54,682 nucleotides of DNA from a virus (IMGVR_UViG_3300029787_000061:1-54682), one strand, 5' to 3'. Counted from the stretch's first letter, positions 8,359 to 19,129 are shown. Program-made: numbers and translations. Notes: generated from the sequence alone by a model not told the origin.

Positions 8359-11300
8359 GAGGACTCAAGAGCTTTGACTCTAGCAGTTAATTCTTTGACT
8401 GCTTCAATTAAAATAGGAACTAATCTTTCATAACGAAGTGCCATCACACCATCATCTCTAGTTGTTGTAATACCTGGTAATCCAAGTGCTTCAACATCTT
8501 GTGCTATTACACCAGTATCTGCCTTACCATTTAGATAATCATAATTTGTATCTGATTTCCAATTATAAGTATATCCTGTGATCAATCCAACTTTATCAAC
8601 AGCATTTGGAATCACTACAAGATTCTCTTTTAAGTTAAGGTCAGAACCAGAGAAAGCAACAATATCACTATTACATCTTAATTCTCCATTTTTAATTTCA
8701 GTTCCCCAACTTTGACTTATAATTCTAGTTGAACCATTATATAAAAGTTCAAAACCACCTAATCCAGTTGATGAATGTTTTTCAAATTTTGCAATATGTG
8801 TTGTGCCTGTTTGAATAATAACTCCATTGCCATTACTAGGACCTGCATTGATAATTAAATCTCCTTTTCCACAATTAATACCGCCATTGGTATTATCATG
8901 GAGGATTGTCATGTCACTATCAGTTCCAAACTTAACTGATTTGTTATCGTTAACTTTAATTTCTAAAGCAGTTCCAGTAAGTGTTGTTCCATCAAACGTC
9001 AAGTTTGCAGAAGTTGTAGTATCATCAGTTGCAGAGTTATATAAAACTCTATTCGCAGCACCTACAACATCGGTTGCTTTGTCTGCTGTTCCTGTCAAAT
9101 TACCAGTTACATCACCAGTTAACGCACCAGCGAAGGCAGTTGATGTTAGAGTATTAGTAGCAAAGTTAAATGTAAGTTGTGGATCAGTCTTTGCAGTTGT
9201 CATTGTGCCAGATGTTTTATCTGTTAATACAACTCTTTCACTTCCAGAAGTAGCAGCAGATAATTGAGCACCTGTATTAGTTAAACCAGCACCATCACCA
9301 AAGAATGTTGCTGCTGTAACAGATGTGATACCAGATATGTTACTCTGACCATCATGTGATCCAGTTCCGATTAAATCTCCACCAATGTAAACACTCTTAC
9401 CAATACCAACACCACCTAAAGTAAAGATTGCACCTGTAGCAGTTGTTGAAGAAGTAGCATTATTGTTATTATGAACTCGAATACTACCAGTTGATGCAAC
9501 TTTAATTTCACCTGTAACATTTAAAGTTTTTTGATTTGCTAATCTAACAGTTTCATTAAAGGTAACTGGACCATCAAACTGAGATAATATTTGTTTGGAT
9601 GAACCACCCTCTACAAGTAATCTTTCTTTTATTATAACTTCGTCAGCAACAATACTTAATCTATTTGGATCTTCACCTGTAATTGTTGGAATAGGTATAT
9701 CAAATGTAGTTTGTTGTCCACTGGCAGACGCTATCTTGGTATTTCCAATATAGAAATCACCCTTATCATTCATACCTGTGTAAACAACATTACCACAAGA
9801 TGTTTCTTGTGATTGAGTTAGGAACTCTTCTCTTTCAGAGAGTGATCTATTTTGTAATTGGGGTAATGCTGTTGAGTAGTTACCTGGACCATAACCAACG
9901 TATTCAAATGTATGACCTGATGCTCTTAATATAGAAGGTCTGCGAAGTTCTACTGGTATTGGTTTTATCTTTTTAATTTTTGAGTTTGCAGGATGTGCTG
10001 AACTGATTGTTCCCAATGCACCACGAATCACAGAAATTTCATCACCACTACCACTCAGAGAGTTAGATGAAATTCTCATGATTTCACCCTCTATTTCAAT
10101 ATAAGAACCTAGAGGAAAACGACTAGTAATTGAAGTTGCAGTCGTAGTTCCGTCTGGAAGCGTAACTTTAAAGGCAGGATCAGAAGCAGTAATAGCTTCA
10201 TTTGCCTTTAGTGTTTCATGATCAAATATAGATAATCCTCTTACTCCTAAATTTTCTCCCGCTTTACTTGATAATGCTTCATTATCAGATAAACCATGCT
10301 TAAGAATATATTTTGGACTTGTGAGTGCTGTAGTAGTTGTTGCAGTAAACTGAGTAATAGATGGAACACTTGCAACAATAAAATCACCTAAGTTTACATC
10401 ACTTGCATTTAATACTCTAAATTTATTACCAACCACTAAACCGTGAGCAGCAGTCGTGTTAAATGTAGTGACTGTTGATGAGAATGATGAACTACTTACT
10501 GCTGACCATGGTCCTAAATCAATTATTTGTTGACCATCTAATAATGTATCGGCAGCAGATTTAGCAACAGTTATTTGTTTTGTTGTATTGACAGCAGATA
10601 TACGATGATAAGAATCTGTTCCAGTTGAAATACCAGTGACTTGAATATAATTACCAGTCGCAGTCGATATACCAGCAGCAGGAACAACTATTCTTGCATT
10701 TGGAGTGCCAGCTATTCCTCCTAGTGCTACAGTCGAAGTATCAAAATAATAAGTTCCAGCACTATAATTAGAACCACCCTCTTTAATAGTTGCAGCAGTT
10801 ACAGCACCACCAGAAACAGTGACATCAGCAGTTGCTCCATTCCAAACAGCAGATGAAGGGACAGCATTACTATTAAATATTTTTACATTATAATATGTTC
10901 CATTTGTATGTCCAGCTCCACCAGTTAATGTTGTGTGGTATTTAAGTTGCTGTAATCCATGTTCTTCTTCAAGATTTATTACTGAGTTTGTAGTGTTATT
11001 TGTTACTGATGAGATGCCAATTGTTGCATCAAAAGATTTTAGGAATTTATTAGTTGTTTCTCTGGTAATACTTTTCTTTAAATCATTAGTTACAACGTCA
11101 CCAAGAGGAAATCTCTTTGCAAATGAAGTGGCTTCTTGTGGGTTTGCATCAATATTATCACGATCATATTCAGGATATAAGTTTACTATATTCTGATTAT
11201 ACTTATTATCGGTAAATTGACCAGATGATTCGGTCATTGCATTATCAGCATTTAACACGAACAAGTGGTAGATACCATCTTGAACCCCATCAATATATGG

Positions 11301-14189
11301 AGTAACTACCTCAGTCCTATAAACAAAGAAATTACCTTTAGTATCATTACGACTAAATCTTGGAAGTTGTGCATTACGAATTTGAGTATTGTTTGTAAAT
11401 GTGCCAACAGTATGAGTAATATTCTCAACATCAGTATTTGAATATTTAAATTCTTTATTATTAACAACACTGTCTACAACAAAAGTTCCGTTATATCCCT
11501 TGTCGTTAAGTCCAGTAGAGTTTGTAGAACTTTTAATATTTTTAACTACAATTTGATCTCCAACATTAACATTATGAGGTTTATCTGATCTTATTGTTAC
11601 AAGATTGAGAGTGCTATCAAAACTTGCTTGAGATATGAATCTAGTATTACGATCAAAATCATAATTAGATGCTGTGATGGATGTTTTGGTAAAATCTGCA
11701 TCTGCTAAAACTGATGTGAAGCTAGAGTCTTGCAACACGAATCCATCCACAGGATCTCTTCCATTTGTTAGTTCCTTTGGAACAACGTATCTTAATTTGT
11801 ATATCTTCTCATCTAAACTTCTATCATCATCTTTTCTAATGATATATGAAATATCACTGGTTAAGATAGTGTTATCATTAATTTTTGGATGTAGAGTGTT
11901 ACCACTTGCAAGTGTATGCACAAACCATCTGTTTCTTGACGTATCATATTGAATTGGATGACCAGCATCACCAGGTTTTTTATCTGATACACGACTTATG
12001 ATTGAAAATTTATCGGTGGTGCTGGCAACTGTGTTAATAAAAATTGGGTCTGCTAAATCAGCATTGGTTTTTGATGATGCGATTCTTATTTCTGTCGCAG
12101 ATAAATCTGTGTCACCATCATTTGTGATTGCAAAGTATACTGTATGTGGATCAATATTTTCAGGTAAATCACCATTATCAGCAATTATACGAATTGATTC
12201 ACCATTCTGTAGTGCGTGAGTTCCCACTGTGAATACGTTTTTCTTTGCAGCAGTTGCAGATGAGTGCGTTGCTTCATATGTCTTTTGTGATGTGTCAGTA
12301 GTGCCAGCTGCACCATTTGACATAACTATAGTTGCTTGATAAGTAGTTCCATCAGTTGCATCTACAAAAACTTTTTCATTTACTTTTGCACCAACTCTAA
12401 ATCCTTGAACTATATGAGATGGAGGAACTGTTTGTGACTCTTGACCGAATAGATATAATTTTGTTGAACTTGAACTTGTATCTTTGATTAATTGTAAATA
12501 TTCAATTTCTTGATCTAATGTGACAACTGAACGAGGAGTAATAACAGATGTGATAAATCCCTTGTCATCTTTTGTAAATGCTTCCTTTTTAAATCCCTCT
12601 GCAGCAAGTGAAAATGTTCCAAAGTTAGAGTTAGAGTTTGTAATTGATGCGTCAGCACCATTTATCATATTGAAATGACTATGGAAACCAATCGCAAATA
12701 CAGAAACGATTTGAACAACAGCATCATTTGATACTTTAATGTGACTTGTTCTCCACCCTGAACGATAGTTTGCTTCTTGGTCTAAATGATATACAGTATT
12801 AGGATTTGTTGATGATGATTCAGCTGATAAGAGTGCACCTGTTTGTTTTGAAAATGCAATACCACCATAACTTCTATTTGTGCTATCATACTTAACAAAT
12901 GCTCTATCATCTTTTTGTAGTGAAACAGCAGTAAACTGTGCTACAACCATTGATCTAAAACCAGTTGCTTTTTTACCATCAGCATGCATACCTTGCATAC
13001 CGAATACTGATCTTAATGAGGTATTAAAGATATATGGTGATGCACCTGTAACTGTATCGGTTTCGACTAAAACTTGTCCATTTGAGCTACTTAAACCACC
13101 AGCAGATCCTGCTGGTAAGTTTGGTCTTACAAATGGTAATGAATACTGAAATCTTGTTCCATCTATAACATTTGATACTTTTGTTGAAATATTGTAATCT
13201 TCTACGTTTATACCACGAATCTTGATTGGAGTTCCTCCAGTAAGATTATGATCTATAGAGGTTGTAACTGTAACCACTTGACCAGGTGTTGCACCATCAC
13301 CTGATTCAATATTAGTAATATTAAGTGGGTCTGTGGCAAATGCACCAACGATTTCAAATTCTGGTCTTTGTGGGGAGAATCCCTTTGGAGCAGTTGGATA
13401 TTTTTGTGTTATTGATCTTCTTGCTGCTGCTTCGTTATATGCGTTTGATAACTTACTGTAAAATATATCTAAGTCAGTCAAATCACTAAATTGTGCTAAC
13501 TTTGTAACACCATCAGCGTATTCAAAACAAGTCAGTTTGTGGTGAGAGAATGTTGGTTTAGATTGATTATTACTGGTAAAATCTGTTGGATCGGTATAAA
13601 CAACTCCTGTATCATCACCATCAAAAAAAGTAAACTGCCAAAAGTAACAAGCACCAGTTATACGAAATAAAGCACTTTGTCTTGCATTAATATCAGTAGG
13701 ATTAGGAACATATTTTGGTCTTATTTTTGTTTTTCTTAAATCTAGACCAACAATTGAGGTTCCTCTTGGAACCACAACACCACCATTAACACTATTAAAT
13801 TTGTAAAGTATATTATCTTCTTGTGTTAAATCAAAATTTGAATTAAGAGTGAGTGTAAAAGTATTTAATGCCCCAGTAACAGCACCACCTGGACTAACTG
13901 CCTTTGCTATACCACCCTCATCTTTTATACCAAAACCAGGTCGATTATCTACTATATGATTACCAGGAAATAGTAATATTGTTGTTCTTTCTACTAAATC
14001 ATTATCATCTCCCGCTACATATGAAAATCTAGCAGACTCTATCAGTGCTCTCTGAATAGTTTTGAAGGGTTTTGTTAATGAATTGCCTTGATTATCAATA
14101 GCGTCTGTTGAATCAAGATCATTTGGATTTACATAAAGGATACGACCTTCTGTATTCTTTATAAAATTCTCTAACTTATTAAGAGGCAT
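8355..14189 (-). CDS. Large tail-fibre/tailspike-like structural protein with C-terminal intramolecular chaperone (Peptidase_S74)
   Basis: 1944 aa. N-terminal ILYVNP..GNSLTKPFKTIQRA beta-helix cap. C-terminal SDLNLKENL..GYTYNWK..GVIAQDVE..YERLVPILIEAVKEL. Confidence 0.85.
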   Translation of the reverse strand: MPLNKLENFIKNTEGRILYVNPNDLDSTDAIDNQGNSLTKPFKTIQRALIESARFSYVAGDDNDLVERTTILLFPGNHIVDNRPGFGIKDEGGIAKAVSPGGAVTGALNTFTLTLNSNFDLTQEDNILYKFNSVNGGVVVPRGTSIVGLDLRKTKIRPKYVPNPTDINARQSALFRITGACYFWQFTFFDGDDTGVVYTDPTDFTSNNQSKPTFSHHKLTCFEYADGVTKLAQFSDLTDLDIFYSKLSNAYNEAAARRSITQKYPTAPKGFSPQRPEFEIVGAFATDPLNITNIESGDGATPGQVVTVTTSIDHNLTGGTPIKIRGINVEDYNISTKVSNVIDGTRFQYSLPFVRPNLPAGSAGGLSSSNGQVLVETDTVTGASPYIFNTSLRSVFGMQGMHADGKKATGFRSMVVAQFTAVSLQKDDRAFVKYDSTNRSYGGIAFSKQTGALLSAESSSTNPNTVYHLDQEANYRSGWRTSHIKVSNDAVVQIVSVFAIGFHSHFNMINGADASITNSNSNFGTFSLAAEGFKKEAFTKDDKGFITSVITPRSVVTLDQEIEYLQLIKDTSSSSTKLYLFGQESQTVPPSHIVQGFRVGAKVNEKVFVDATDGTTYQATIVMSNGAAGTTDTSQKTYEATHSSATAAKKNVFTVGTHALQNGESIRIIADNGDLPENIDPHTVYFAITNDGDTDLSATEIRIASSKTNADLADPIFINTVASTTDKFSIISRVSDKKPGDAGHPIQYDTSRNRWFVHTLASGNTLHPKINDNTILTSDISYIIRKDDDRSLDEKIYKLRYVVPKELTNGRDPVDGFVLQDSSFTSVLADADFTKTSITASNYDFDRNTRFISQASFDSTLNLVTIRSDKPHNVNVGDQIVVKNIKSSTNSTGLNDKGYNGTFVVDSVVNNKEFKYSNTDVENITHTVGTFTNNTQIRNAQLPRFSRNDTKGNFFVYRTEVVTPYIDGVQDGIYHLFVLNADNAMTESSGQFTDNKYNQNIVNLYPEYDRDNIDANPQEATSFAKRFPLGDVVTNDLKKSITRETTNKFLKSFDATIGISSVTNNTTNSVINLEEEHGLQQLKYHTTLTGGAGHTNGTYYNVKIFNSNAVPSSAVWNGATADVTVSGGAVTAATIKEGGSNYSAGTYYFDTSTVALGGIAGTPNARIVVPAAGISTATGNYIQVTGISTGTDSYHRISAVNTTKQITVAKSAADTLLDGQQIIDLGPWSAVSSSSFSSTVTTFNTTAAHGLVVGNKFRVLNASDVNLGDFIVASVPSITQFTATTTTALTSPKYILKHGLSDNEALSSKAGENLGVRGLSIFDHETLKANEAITASDPAFKVTLPDGTTTATSITSRFPLGSYIEIEGEIMRISSNSLSGSGDEISVIRGALGTISSAHPANSKIKKIKPIPVELRRPSILRASGHTFEYVGYGPGNYSTALPQLQNRSLSEREEFLTQSQETSCGNVVYTGMNDKGDFYIGNTKIASASGQQTTFDIPIPTITGEDPNRLSIVADEVIIKERLLVEGGSSKQILSQFDGPVTFNETVRLANQKTLNVTGEIKVASTGSIRVHNNNNATSSTTATGAIFTLGGVGIGKSVYIGGDLIGTGSHDGQSNISGITSVTAATFFGDGAGLTNTGAQLSAATSGSERVVLTDKTSGTMTTAKTDPQLTFNFATNTLTSTAFAGALTGDVTGNLTGTADKATDVVGAANRVLYNSATDDTTTSANLTFDGTTLTGTALEIKVNDNKSVKFGTDSDMTILHDNTNGGINCGKGDLIINAGPSNGNGVIIQTGTTHIAKFEKHSSTGLGGFELLYNGSTRIISQSWGTEIKNGELRCNSDIVAFSGSDLNLKENLVVIPNAVDKVGLITGYTYNWKSDTNYDYLNGKADTGVIAQDVEALGLPGITTTRDDGVMALRYERLVPILIEAVKELTARVKALESS

Positions 14190-14238
14190 CTTTTTATACT
14201 ACAATAAAATGTGATCGATTAGACCATGCATACTAGGT

Positions 14239-14547
14239 CTATTTAGCTTGTTCATCCTCCCAATCTATATGGATATCTATGTCGTCTGGTAATTCTTCTG
14301 GGTTTTCTAAATCAACCCAGAATAAACAAGGATGTAATTCTTCTTCTACAAGATAAGAATAATATTGATACATATCAGCATCATCAAATGTTCTAGACTC
14401 ATCTGCTTCTTTTATCAAATCTTTATCTTCTAGATGTCCGTCTGGTAGTTCATCAAACGTAAAAGGCATACCATTAATGAAATACATCTTAACTATCATG
14501 CTGCCACCACGAAACCAGCAGCATTTTTTAGTTATCTTAAACTTCAT
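14239..14547 (-). CDS. Hypothetical protein (acidic)
   Basis: 102-aa ORF in operon orientation with typical composition; no motif recognised. Confidence 0.65.
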   Translation of the reverse strand: MKFKITKKCCWFRGGSMIVKMYFINGMPFTFDELPDGHLEDKDLIKEADESRTFDDADMYQYYSYLVEEELHPCLFWVDLENPEELPDDIDIHIDWEDEQAK

Positions 14548-14564
14548 AATATATACCGAATGTT

Positions 14565-14759
14565 TTATTTATCTGAGGTAAGTGCCAATTCTGCATAAAC
14601 AATCATTTCTGGTTCAAGCATTTTGTCACAAACTTCCAAAACTCTCATAAACTCTTCAGTATCTTCACAGGCAATTACCTTATCATCTCCGTTGTCGCTT
14701 TTTAACTTAAAGGTTTTAGCACAAATGTCTACTACAACCTCGAATACAAAATCATCCAT
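14565..14759 (-). CDS. Hypothetical small protein
   Basis: MDDFVFEVVVDICAKTFKLKSDNG... Start moved to ATG 14759, downstream of a TTGATA-16-TATAAT (extended TG) promoter at 14782-14809. Confidence 0.65.
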   Translation of the reverse strand: MDDFVFEVVVDICAKTFKLKSDNGDDKVIACEDTEEFMRVLEVCDKMLEPEMIVYAELALTSDK

Positions 14760-14805
14760 ACCTTGATAATACATTATTCTTATTATAGCATATGTATAAT
14801 ATTTA

Positions 14806-15429
14806 TCAACTTCTAACAATATTTCCAGATATTGAAATTCTTTGTTCATCACAATTATAAAAAGGATATACCTGATGGCGAAGACGAGAAGGAAATAATA
14901 ATATAACTCCTTCCTTATCAGAATCCATCGGTATTGAATAATCTTGAACGTGACCTATTATATCAGTATATGTAATTTGAAAATCAGACGAAACAGGATG
15001 ATTAGAATTTTTTGCAAATGGTAAATCATGCTGTTCTCTCCAATCAGTAGGTATTTTCATCCATATAACAAATGACATTAATCCAAAGTGATTATGATTT
15101 GGATTAAATTCATATTGTTTTTGATAATTAACCCATAAACTTTCTAATTTCAATTCAGTTGATATCTTATCATAATCACTTATTTTGACTCGAAGTGTAT
15201 TTAAATATCTTTCAATAACAGGAGTGAGGAATAATAAAAGAGTATCATCCTCATCTTCTAATATTAAAGACTCGTCTATATTACCAGCAAGTTTATGATT
15301 TAATCTCTCTGTTGCTTTACCAATATACCCCCAAAGAGCATCCATTATATTTTTTGGTAACTTAGTATCATATATTGGAATATTAGGCAGTTCGTAAGTT
15401 GCCCACTCCACATTATCAATTCCTTCCAT
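14806..15429 (-). CDS. 2OG-Fe(II) oxygenase-like protein
   Basis: WVNYQKQYEFNPNHNH..SFVIW..EGVILLFPSRLRHQVYPF..RISISGN. TGtTATAAT at 15447-15455 upstream. Confidence 0.85.
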   Translation of the reverse strand: MEGIDNVEWATYELPNIPIYDTKLPKNIMDALWGYIGKATERLNHKLAGNIDESLILEDEDDTLLLFLTPVIERYLNTLRVKISDYDKISTELKLESLWVNYQKQYEFNPNHNHFGLMSFVIWMKIPTDWREQHDLPFAKNSNHPVSSDFQITYTDIIGHVQDYSIPMDSDKEGVILLFPSRLRHQVYPFYNCDEQRISISGNIVRS

Positions 15430-15466
15430 AATTTAATGTTTTTTTTATTATAACATAAAATTAACT

Positions 15467-16696
15467 TTATGTCTTCATTATATAAGCAAGTGAATAGTAT
15501 GGTGGTAAATTTGCGTTGGTTGAAGATGAACCCTGAGTGTTTGTTGTTGATGTGCTTGCTGCTGATGTGGTTCCACTATAAGTATGATTATGATTTCCAA
15601 GTGCAGAACCTGTAGTTTTACCAACGTTAAAAGTTGTTCTATCTTCAGGACTACCAGTTTGGTTCTGCTCAGGACCTGAACCAGTTGGATGATTTGCACT
15701 ACTATAAGTGTGACTGTGAGATAAATTAGTATTACTGACAGTTCCACTAAACGTATGAGTATGAGATAATGTATGACTATGAGAAACTAATGTTGCATCT
15801 TTACTACCACCACTTCTCTTTGCATATCCACTCACACTACCGAGAGTAATACCAGCAAAAGTTGAACTTGTTACAGTAGTGTCTGCTGAAGCACCGATTA
15901 AAAATCTATTTCTTAAATCTGGAGTATTGTTTGCACCGTTGCACAATACAAAACCAGATGGTATAGCAGAAATCAATCCAGACCAAGCAACAATAACACC
16001 AGTTGGAATAGATGCATCAGTTCCACCAGGACCAACTTCTCCTTTTTGTCCTTTGGTGGAGTTGTCAACACCTGGCTCACCTTTCTGACCTTTTGTAGTA
16101 ACTCCTAACTCACCCTTTTGACCTTTTGTAGAATTATCAGGACCTATTTCACCCTTAACTCCTTTCTGACCCTTCTCTCCTTTCTGACCCTTTGTAGAAT
16201 TATCAGCACCATCTTGTCCCTTTTGACCCTTTTCACCTTTTTCACCTTTTTCTCCTTTCTGACCCTTTTCTCCTTTGTCACCCTTTAGTCCCTTTTCACC
16301 TTTTTCACCTTTTTCACCCTTCTGACCTTTTTCACCTTTTTCACCTTTCTGACCTTTATCTCCCTTTGTAGAATTGTCAGGACCTACTTCACCTTTAATT
16401 CCTTTTTCTCCTTTTTCTCCTTTCTCACCTTTTTGTCCCTTTTGACCTACCTCACCTTTTTGTCCTTTTTCTCCTTTCTCTCCTTTATTACCTTTTTGTT
16501 CAACATCTCCCTTTTGACCTTTATCACCTTTATCTCCTACAAGACCCTGTTCACCCTTCTGTCCTTTTTCTCCTTTTTCTCCCTTTGCACCAGGATCTGG
16601 AATACGATTCCATGCGTATCCATTCCATCTCCAAGTGATATTTCCTACTGAAAAAGTATCACCACTACTCGGACTATTTGGAAAATCTATTGCCAT
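15467..16696 (-). CDS. Collagen-like (Gly-X-Lys) tail-collar fibre protein
   Basis: Long GEK/GQK/GDK run, tail-collar domain IPTGVIVAWSG..GFVLCNGANNTPDLRNRFLIG, HxH motifs, C-terminal NLPPYYSLAYIMK. TATAAATA late promoter at 16702-16709. Confidence 0.9.
   Translation of the reverse strand: MAIDFPNSPSSGDTFSVGNITWRWNGYAWNRIPDPGAKGEKGEKGQKGEQGLVGDKGDKGQKGDVEQKGNKGEKGEKGQKGEVGQKGQKGEKGEKGEKGIKGEVGPDNSTKGDKGQKGEKGEKGQKGEKGEKGEKGLKGDKGEKGQKGEKGEKGEKGQKGQDGADNSTKGQKGEKGQKGVKGEIGPDNSTKGQKGELGVTTKGQKGEPGVDNSTKGQKGEVGPGGTDASIPTGVIVAWSGLISAIPSGFVLCNGANNTPDLRNRFLIGASADTTVTSSTFAGITLGSVSGYAKRSGGSKDATLVSHSHTLSHTHTFSGTVSNTNLSHSHTYSSANHPTGSGPEQNQTGSPEDRTTFNVGKTTGSALGNHNHTYSGTTSAASTSTTNTQGSSSTNANLPPYYSLAYIMKT
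16029..16592. repeat. Collagen-coding 9-bp-period low-complexity repeat
   Basis: Repeated CCTTTTTCA/CCTTTTTCT/CCTTTCTGA units with four DNSTK interruptions. Boundaries approximate. Confidence 0.9.
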
Positions 16697-16712
16697 AATG
16701 ATATTTATATAT

Positions 16713-17102
16713 CTATTTTAATAATAATTTAATCTCACTATAATCAAAAACATAACATAAACTCTCTGTATGACCATTTAGTAATAATTTTTGCATACGA
16801 TGTCTTCCATCTATCATACGGAATTTGTCATTAAATGGATTTGGTGCATTTTCAGCGATTATAAGAGGATACTTTACATCACAACTTCTATATTTTCTAC
16901 CTCCACAACAATAACAATTATCACCACTTTTATCTGGAAAGTGATTTTTTCCTTTCCAAGCAATTTCCTTTAATTTTACCATTTTTAGTTTATCATCTGA
17001 TAAAATTAAATCATGTAATTCAATTACACACTTTTCTTTTCCCTCTATCCTCCAATCTCCATCAATCTCAGTCTTGGAAGCTACATGCCATCTATTCATC
17101 AT
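16713..17102 (-). CDS. Hypothetical protein with ParB/sulfiredoxin-like DGRHR motif and Cys cluster
   Basis: YPLII..RMIDGRHRMQK and NCYCCGGRKYRSC. ATG 17102 gives an ATGA overlap with the upstream gene. Confidence 0.6.
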   Translation of the reverse strand: MMNRWHVASKTEIDGDWRIEGKEKCVIELHDLILSDDKLKMVKLKEIAWKGKNHFPDKSGDNCYCCGGRKYRSCDVKYPLIIAENAPNPFNDKFRMIDGRHRMQKLLLNGHTESLCYVFDYSEIKLLLK

Positions 17103-17647
17103 AATACGTGCGATACCCACCCAGTTAACAAATACTTTCTTTCATAAGGAGCAACAACACCACGATGTAGATGAGTCCACCCAGCTGGCCATATATACAT
17201 ATCCCCTGCCTTTGGACATAAAGTTTCATTTAAATGTAAGAACTCTGTTCCTCCACCATCTTCAATAGTGTTAAGATAAATCATCCAAGCAAAAATTCTA
17301 TATGGATTGTGAGTACCAGTTTCACAATGAATATGACTATAAACATTATTAGGTTCATACCTCATTAATTGTGCAATTTTATCTATTTGCCATCTATCAA
17401 GTTGTGTATCTATTAATGGATATTTTTTTTTATATCTATCAATCGTGTTGTTTAAACCTATAAGTAAATTATCGGAAAATTGATGTACATTAATTGCTAT
17501 TTCAAGATCATTTAACTGTTTACTCCCTGCAATACCTTTTTCAGCAATAGATTCATTTTTATCAAAAAAATTTATCAAATCCTTACAATATTCTTTAGAC
17601 AAGCAACCTGTATTTTTTAATATAAAATTATCATTCATCATCTGCAT
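17099..17647 (-). CDS. 2OG-Fe(II) oxygenase (prolyl-4-hydroxylase-like)
   Basis: LSKEYCKDLI..HIHCE..WMIYLNTIEDGGGTEF..PKAGDMYIWPAGWTHLHRG..KYLLTGW. Confidence 0.85.
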   Translation of the reverse strand: MQMMNDNFILKNTGCLSKEYCKDLINFFDKNESIAEKGIAGSKQLNDLEIAINVHQFSDNLLIGLNNTIDRYKKKYPLIDTQLDRWQIDKIAQLMRYEPNNVYSHIHCETGTHNPYRIFAWMIYLNTIEDGGGTEFLHLNETLCPKAGDMYIWPAGWTHLHRGVVAPYERKYLLTGWVSHVL

Positions 17648-18248
17648 CCCAACCTGAAAGTGTAATGTTATAAGAAACAGCTATCCTATCTTCTTTTGAT
17701 TCATTGTTACCTACTTCATGTATAACATGAGAAGGAAAAGTAATCATTATACCTGCTGTCGGTGTATAAACATATGCCTCATGCACATTTGTATCTGATC
17801 TAAATTTATCTACGTATGACTTAATCTCAACATAAGATGTAAAATTTGACGGATTAATAAATCTTAAATCTCCAGAATTTTTTGGAGATTTAATCCAAAA
17901 CACTCCAGACAAATCTGAGTTCGGATGCGTATGACCAGCGTTATAACAATTTGCACCATTAATCATAATCCAGTATTCGACATTTACTTTTAAATATTTT
18001 TTTAATGTAGTAAATACAGAGTTCGATAAACCTTTTCTTAAATGTATTGACATAGGGTTTTCGTCATTAATGTTAAAAATAGGAGAGTGCCAACCACCTC
18101 TATTTGATCTTTGTAAACTTTTTGGATGTAATTTTTTTTGAGAGTAACAATAATCTATTAATTCATCTTTACTAAAATCACTTTCCTCAAAGGTATATTC
18201 ATGAAAAATAGATGGAAATATCATTCTTCCTTGATAATTTTTGTTCAT
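17631..18248 (-). CDS. 2OG-Fe(II) oxygenase-like protein (TIGR02466-like)
   Basis: SNRGGWHS..WIMIN..YNAGHTHPNSDLSGVFW..SGDLRF..FPSHVIHEV..RIAVSYN. Confidence 0.85.
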   Translation of the reverse strand: MNKNYQGRMIFPSIFHEYTFEESDFSKDELIDYCYSQKKLHPKSLQRSNRGGWHSPIFNINDENPMSIHLRKGLSNSVFTTLKKYLKVNVEYWIMINGANCYNAGHTHPNSDLSGVFWIKSPKNSGDLRFINPSNFTSYVEIKSYVDKFRSDTNVHEAYVYTPTAGIMITFPSHVIHEVGNNESKEDRIAVSYNITLSGWDADDE

Positions 18249-18910
18249 AATTTAATCCAGTTTCGATCCTCAAAACTTTCTTTATGTGCAGAATTTTCAT
18301 TATCTGCAAATGGAAAACTCACAGATAGTCTAGGAGTGAGTGAAATAGCTTCATGCGGATAATACCTTGGTATCCATATTGCATCACCAGGTTCCATAAT
18401 CACATCTAATATTGGTTCTTCTTTCATATCCAATTTTACTTGTTTTTCAACAGTATGATCCTCTACTTCTTTCCAAACTTTAAAATTAGTTTTACCCTCA
18501 CATTGTATTATAATATTATGTGATACATCAAAATGAGCAGCAAATGGATGTTCTATTTCTGGGTTGCGACAGACATAGATATGTGCATCAGTATGTCTTT
18601 GATATTCATCCTCTATACTACTAGCAAAATCATTCAAGTTCTTAGTTGTTCTTGACATATCAGAGAAGTAAATAACAATCTCTTCAAGTAAAAATCTCAT
18701 TAAAGACGGAGGATAAGTATTTTTATCTTTCATCCAACCATGTGTATACCATTGAAAATCTCTTTGTTGAGGATCAAGAAGATGCACTCTTTCTTGAGTC
18801 ATTAAAGGTCTAACATTTATAAGATCAGCAAGTTCTTTCCAAGTAAATAAATTTGGATAATAATTTTTTTTATAATCAACTGGAAATTTACATTCTATAA
18901 AATTACTCAT
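18245..18910 (-). CDS. JmjC/Cupin_4-like 2OG oxygenase
   Basis: AHIYV..FAAHFD..IIIQCEGKTNFKVW..MEPGDAIWIPRYYPHEA..RLSVSF, the ROXA/YcfD-like JmjC pattern. Confidence 0.8.
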   Translation of the reverse strand: MSNFIECKFPVDYKKNYYPNLFTWKELADLINVRPLMTQERVHLLDPQQRDFQWYTHGWMKDKNTYPPSLMRFLLEEIVIYFSDMSRTTKNLNDFASSIEDEYQRHTDAHIYVCRNPEIEHPFAAHFDVSHNIIIQCEGKTNFKVWKEVEDHTVEKQVKLDMKEEPILDVIMEPGDAIWIPRYYPHEAISLTPRLSVSFPFADNENSAHKESFEDRNWIKL

Positions 18911-19129
18911 TTACTCTATATTTTGATCAAGTATCCACATATTATCGCTTGTAGTGCCGATGCCTACTCCACTACTATTATAAGTCATTCCTATACCCAC
19001 TTCTGAGCTAGTACCGATTGCAACACAAGTAGTGCCAGTTGGAGGTGTCCAAGTTGAATTATTTCCATCCCATATTGATATATTATAAACAATATTAGAT
19101 GTGTCAATCATTGCGTATTTCTGAATCAT
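18911..19129 (-). CDS. Small tail-fibre-associated protein
   Basis: YAMID..IVYNISIWDG..WTPP..VGIGMTY; follows a glycine-rich fibre gene. Confidence 0.6.
   Translation of the reverse strand: MIQKYAMIDTSNIVYNISIWDGNNSTWTPPTGTTCVAIGTSSEVGIGMTYNSSGVGIGTTSDNMWILDQNIE

Noticed and set aside
16050-16385. DNST repeats as N-glycosylation sequons
   Set aside because: They lack the bacterial D/E-x-N-x-S/T context and no glycosyltransferase is in the window; more simply read as collagen interruptions.
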